A stretch of 64,000 bases of DNA from the human T2T-CHM13v2.0 reference genome, Homo sapiens. Location of the stretch: NCBI RefSeq assembly GCF_009914755.1, contig NC_060929.1; one strand, given 5' to 3'. A model generated the notes under the pieces. It saw nothing but the letters and a program-made list of their open reading frames with translations, was not told where the DNA came from and ran no database searches. Positions within the stretch are counted from its first letter, which is position 1, and each line of letters opens with the position of its first letter. Positions 59,808-64,000 of the stretch are shown here, in pieces. The position numbers and the translations under genes were made by a program.

Positions 59808-60783
59808 GATGTATGGATACATAAAGGCACATGCATGCATTTGTTCATTGCAGCATTATCACAATGGTGAAGATACAAAATCAATCTAAATGCCCATCAA
59901 TGATAGACTAGATAAAGAAAATATGATACATATATACCATAGAATACTATGCAGCCATAAAAAGAATGGGAGTATGTCCTTTGCAGGAACATGGATGGAG
60001 CTAGAGGCCATTATCCTTAGCAAGCTAATGTAGGATCAAAAAACCAAATAACTCATGTTCTCACTTATAAGTGGGAGGTAAATGGTTGGAACACATAGAC
60101 ACAAACAACAGACACTGGGGCCTAGCAAAGGGTGGAAGGTAGGAAGAGAGAGAGGATTAGAAAAAATAATTAATGGATACTAGGATTAATACCTGGGTGA
60201 TGAAATAATCTGTACATCAAACCCCATAATACAAGCTTACCTACATAACAAACCTTCAAAATTACCCCGAACTTAAAATAGAAGTAAAAAAAAAAAAAAA
60301 AAAGAAATAAAATAAGAAAAAGAAATATCTAAGAATGCTAGTCTAATCTGATGAAATATTATTTCCTATATATCAAATTCTCATTTCAGGTCAACTTAAA
60401 GATTAAGTAAGTGCAACTCACAATAATTATACAAATATTAGGAAGTTTCCAAATAACCATTAATTTCATCTGGTCTGACTCTTCCTGTCAGCTTATGTCA
60501 ATATATATTTTTATATTACTTTGGACCACTGATTTTTTATATCATTGTGAAAGTGATAATTGAGTCAGTGATAATTGAGTCAGTGATCGTGCCAAAACAA
60601 TTTGAAAAGTGGATAGGGGTTCTGATTTTTTAAAATGACTGAAAGTGTAAATTACTGGAAATTGTAGCACAGTCCTTGTTACTTTGCATATCATAATATT
60701 TCATATTAAGCAGAATGTTTTCACCTATACCCCTTAAAGACAGTTTATGAGAACCATCTAAATACTATTCTAGAAAGGTTATT

Positions 60784-60820
60784 TTAAAATAGTATATAGA
60801 TACTCTATATACTATTTTAA
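60784..60820. repeat. Perfect inverted repeat, 17-bp arms, 3-nt loop
   Basis: ttaaaatagtatataga-tac-tctatatactattttaa. Confidence 0.95.
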
Positions 60821-60899
60821 TCCATTTTTGTCATACAAAAATGAAGAAATACATAAAACTAGAATTCAAGAACTTACTTTTGAGATCTTCAGTAATTGT

Positions 60900-61075
60900 A
60901 AAATATTTTAAATATATATGAAATATAGAGTATATATGTAATACATGTATTTATTACACATATACATTGATATGGATATTATATACATATATGAATAACT
61001 TACTGTGTATATAACATATAATATTTATGTATGTATCACATATTATATTCCTATAAATAGTAATGTGAATATTAA
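60900..61075. repeat. AT-rich (TA-like) low-complexity tract
   Basis: Degenerate TA/TATG repeats. Confidence 0.65.
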
Positions 61076-61099
61076 TAAATGAGAGTCTATGCTCTATAA

Positions 61100-61285
61100 A
61101 TGGATTGAGCCAGAATGTAAATCTAAGTTCTCCCAACTTTCTCTATATGAGTTGTCTTATCTAAAAAAGAGAATGATTATATTATCTGCTTCATAGGGTT
61201 ATTGTGATGAATAAATGAGATAATACATGTAAAGTGGTAAGAGCAATACCTAGTAGTTCCCAGATCAAAATTAGAGTTATTGACC
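61100..61285 (+). mobile_element. MIR SINE followed by short (CAC/CAT)n
   Basis: cttcatagggttattgtgatgaataaatgagataatacatgtaaagtg is MIR core; triplet repeats at 61310-61352. Confidence 0.8.
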
Positions 61286-62164
61286 ATGTCCATAATTATG
61301 TTACTAATGATCATCATTTCCACCACCACCACCATCACCATCATCACTGTCATCAAATATAATATATGATTTTGGTTCTCTGTATTTACCTTTGACTGCC
61401 TCACAGTTCTACTGGATATATCACACCCTTATAAGAAAACAAACAAACAAACACAGGCAAATAATGACTTCATGTCATATGGAGACATCATGCATGCTTC
61501 ATTGCACCAATGTAGATTTCATACTAATTAAAAGAGAAGACTGTTATGAGAGGGTTGAGTCATTACTTGGCAAATAATAGTATTAAAGAGCTGCTCCTTT
61601 TCCCCATTAGTTGATTAAAAATATCAAGCATAACTAATTTATGCCTAGTCTTTAGTCTATATACATTTGAGTATTATTAATGTTAAAATAATAGCATTTA
61701 ATTTTGAAATTCAATGAAAATTGCTCACTTAAAGTAAGAGAATATTTACCACTAAGTATAAGAAATATTTCAATAACAGGAGGAAGATCCCTTGTAGAGA
61801 AAGATAAGTTTCCTCTCCCTGCCCTGCTTCTTAAGAGGGGGGATCATATAAATATCTGGACCCTTCTTATCATGAAAGACCCCATTTTAGTGAGGTTTTT
61901 CTTACTCTAAGGGAAATTACTTTAGAACTATCATTTCTATCAAACACTATAAAGAAGATGAACACAATCATTAGCAAGAAGTACCATAAAACCAGCTCTA
62001 CAATCAGGGTTCATATTTATTTGTAGCTATTGAAGATAGTGGGTTTTATTTGAAGTTCACAATGTGCAATTTTCTGACTAGATGCTGAGCTCTTAATTTA
62101 ATTGCTTTGAATTTTTGTCTGTCCCCATGATTGATAGATTGATAAAAGCAATAAATTGTGAAAC

Positions 62165-62315
62165 AAGAGTCCTGGGATTCAATTGTGTTCATTGTGTTTA
62201 ACTAGCTCTGTGCACTTGAGAAATTTCCTTGACTTCTCGGGTCCTGAAGCTCTTCACTAGCAAAGTGAATGAATGTATCTCAGAGGCTTATGAGGCTCTA
62301 ACAGTTGGTGATTCA
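62165..62315 (+). mobile_element. MIR3/MIRc-like SINE
   Basis: agagtcctgggattcaa...actagctctgtgcacttgagaaatttccttgacttctc...atctcagaggctt...gctctaaca. Confidence 0.6.
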
Positions 62316-64000
62316 ATATATTACAAGAAAATCACAACGTCCTTATATTAGCCACAAATATATGTATTTTTGTTATTCTGAATACTAACGTTATTTAGTA
62401 GAATAAATATAAGAAGTCAAAAAAACAAAACTACACAAGCAGTTAAGGCAATTTCAAAGCTATGTCTGTCTTCACTTTAAGTAGCTGAGCATAATCACTT
62501 GGAAAACGTGGGGGCACTTTTCTCTAGATCTATAAAAGTAAACAAATGGTAAGAGATCTGAGCTATTGTGAATCTGAATCCTATCTATACCCAGAAAAGC
62601 AATATGTAAGCAAAAGCGTGTGTACCATACACCTATCTCCCTTAAGAGTCTTCACATACTAGTTTAATTAAAGTAAACATTATTCTACTTTTACTCTATA
62701 AATGCTTAGTGTACTGTTGAATCTTAATAAATATTTAATAATATTAAGAACCAACAGAGTGACAAAGTCATTTTCCTTTTATAGATACAGGCTTTTTAAC
62801 TGAAGTAAAGAAACCTTATCTATTAAAGCCAAATGTTTTATAACTGAAGTATTCAGAACTCATAATCTTTACAAGACCTTCATAGCAGTATCTACATTAG
62901 CATTTTAATGGGGCAGTACTTTTTTGGAACCAGTACCCTTGTTGAAATATGATGGTAGATTAACACAAAACAATCTACTGAGCTATGATGTGACACTTTT
63001 CAATAATATACATGAACTGCTCTAAAAATTTCCCAGAATAGACTTAATCCATTTCTGTTATTTAATTTTAATTTCTACTTAACTTTCCATTTGTCACTGC
63101 AGGAAAATTCCTTCAAAGCTCTTCTCTAACAGAACTAGTAAAGTTGACACATGTATAGTATATATGCTTATATGTAAGATCCCATATGTATGTAACTATT
63201 TTAATAAATCTGTACAGCCATTTTAACTAACATTTGAATTATGAGGAAGGAGCACTGAGGACTAAAATTAGATACGTTTTTGACAATGAGCTTCAAGCTT
63301 TCTACGGAAAACTAAAGTCATTGTTTTCTTTATTTTTATTTTATATTTATTACTTCAAATGTTATTCAAAACCTCCATCTTACTAAATTTCTTCATTAGC
63401 TATTTTAGTTAGTTGAAATTATATAAATATAATTTAAACCCTAGCTAGGGTTTCAGTTGCCTTTTGCGTATCATGTGTTCTCTGAAGTAGAAAAGCTTCC
63501 TTCATTAATCCAGACAGGGGAAGAGAAGGAAAGTCTGTGTGTATATGTATGTATATATGTTTGTGTATGTGTGTGTAAAATAAAGTGTGTCATTTTCCTT
63601 GAATCTCATACCCTTGAATTTTCCTCATAGACAGACATTGCTTCATTGCCTAACATGTAATTCTATGTCTTCAAAGGTTTTCAAATAACAGATTTTATAA
63701 TACTGAAATTTCTAAGGACTAAAGGGATTAACTCTGTGAGAGAATGGATAAGGCTAATTATTAAATTCATTTCTTTCCAATAAAAATACAAATACTCCTG
63801 AGTAGAAAGCATATAGGCATTTCAGTTGATCTACTTTTGAAGGATGGTAATTTCAAAACCATACTGTCCAAATAGTAGGCTAAGACAATCAATTTTTCTC
63901 CTGCAATTGCCGGAGTTTATATTTGTTTAGAGTAAAATGCATTCAGAATTGGTTTAGGTTGTCTGTTGGACACTAGATGAGAATTTTTAACTGTGTTCAG

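Overview
This 64 kb window is AT-rich, CpG-depleted primate (human-like) genomic DNA, either intergenic or deep intronic. I can support no intact protein-coding gene, RNA gene or CRISPR array. Every recognisable ORF in the track is a transposon remnant (L1 ORF1/ORF2, Hsmar2 transposase) or a chance ORF in an LTR, Alu or L1 5'UTR. Roughly half or more of the window is interspersed repeat. It holds a full-length dead L1PB (2.2-8.7 kb), an L1MA split by a complete THE1 provirus (15.2-20.3 kb), an Hsmar2 mariner relic split by an AluJ with a (GGAA)15 tail, solo LTRs (MER52, MER39-like, THE1B, MSTA, several MLT1), a MER1B, a deeply nested L1 cluster (35.4-45.0 kb) and a near full-length L1PA13-16-type element (51.2-60.3 kb). 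The most notable structure is a single TSD-bounded 2.06 kb insertion (52424-54483) that combines a twin-priming 5' inversion, a ~1.9 kb internal deletion and a ~270 bp 3' transduction with its own AATAAA and A-tail. Other points of interest are two more twin-priming inversions, two perfect inverted repeats, two serial-slippage repeats and a good CTCF motif. I found no previously undescribed biological system. Subfamily names come from recalled consensus features, not a database search, and boundaries without a TSD are approximate.
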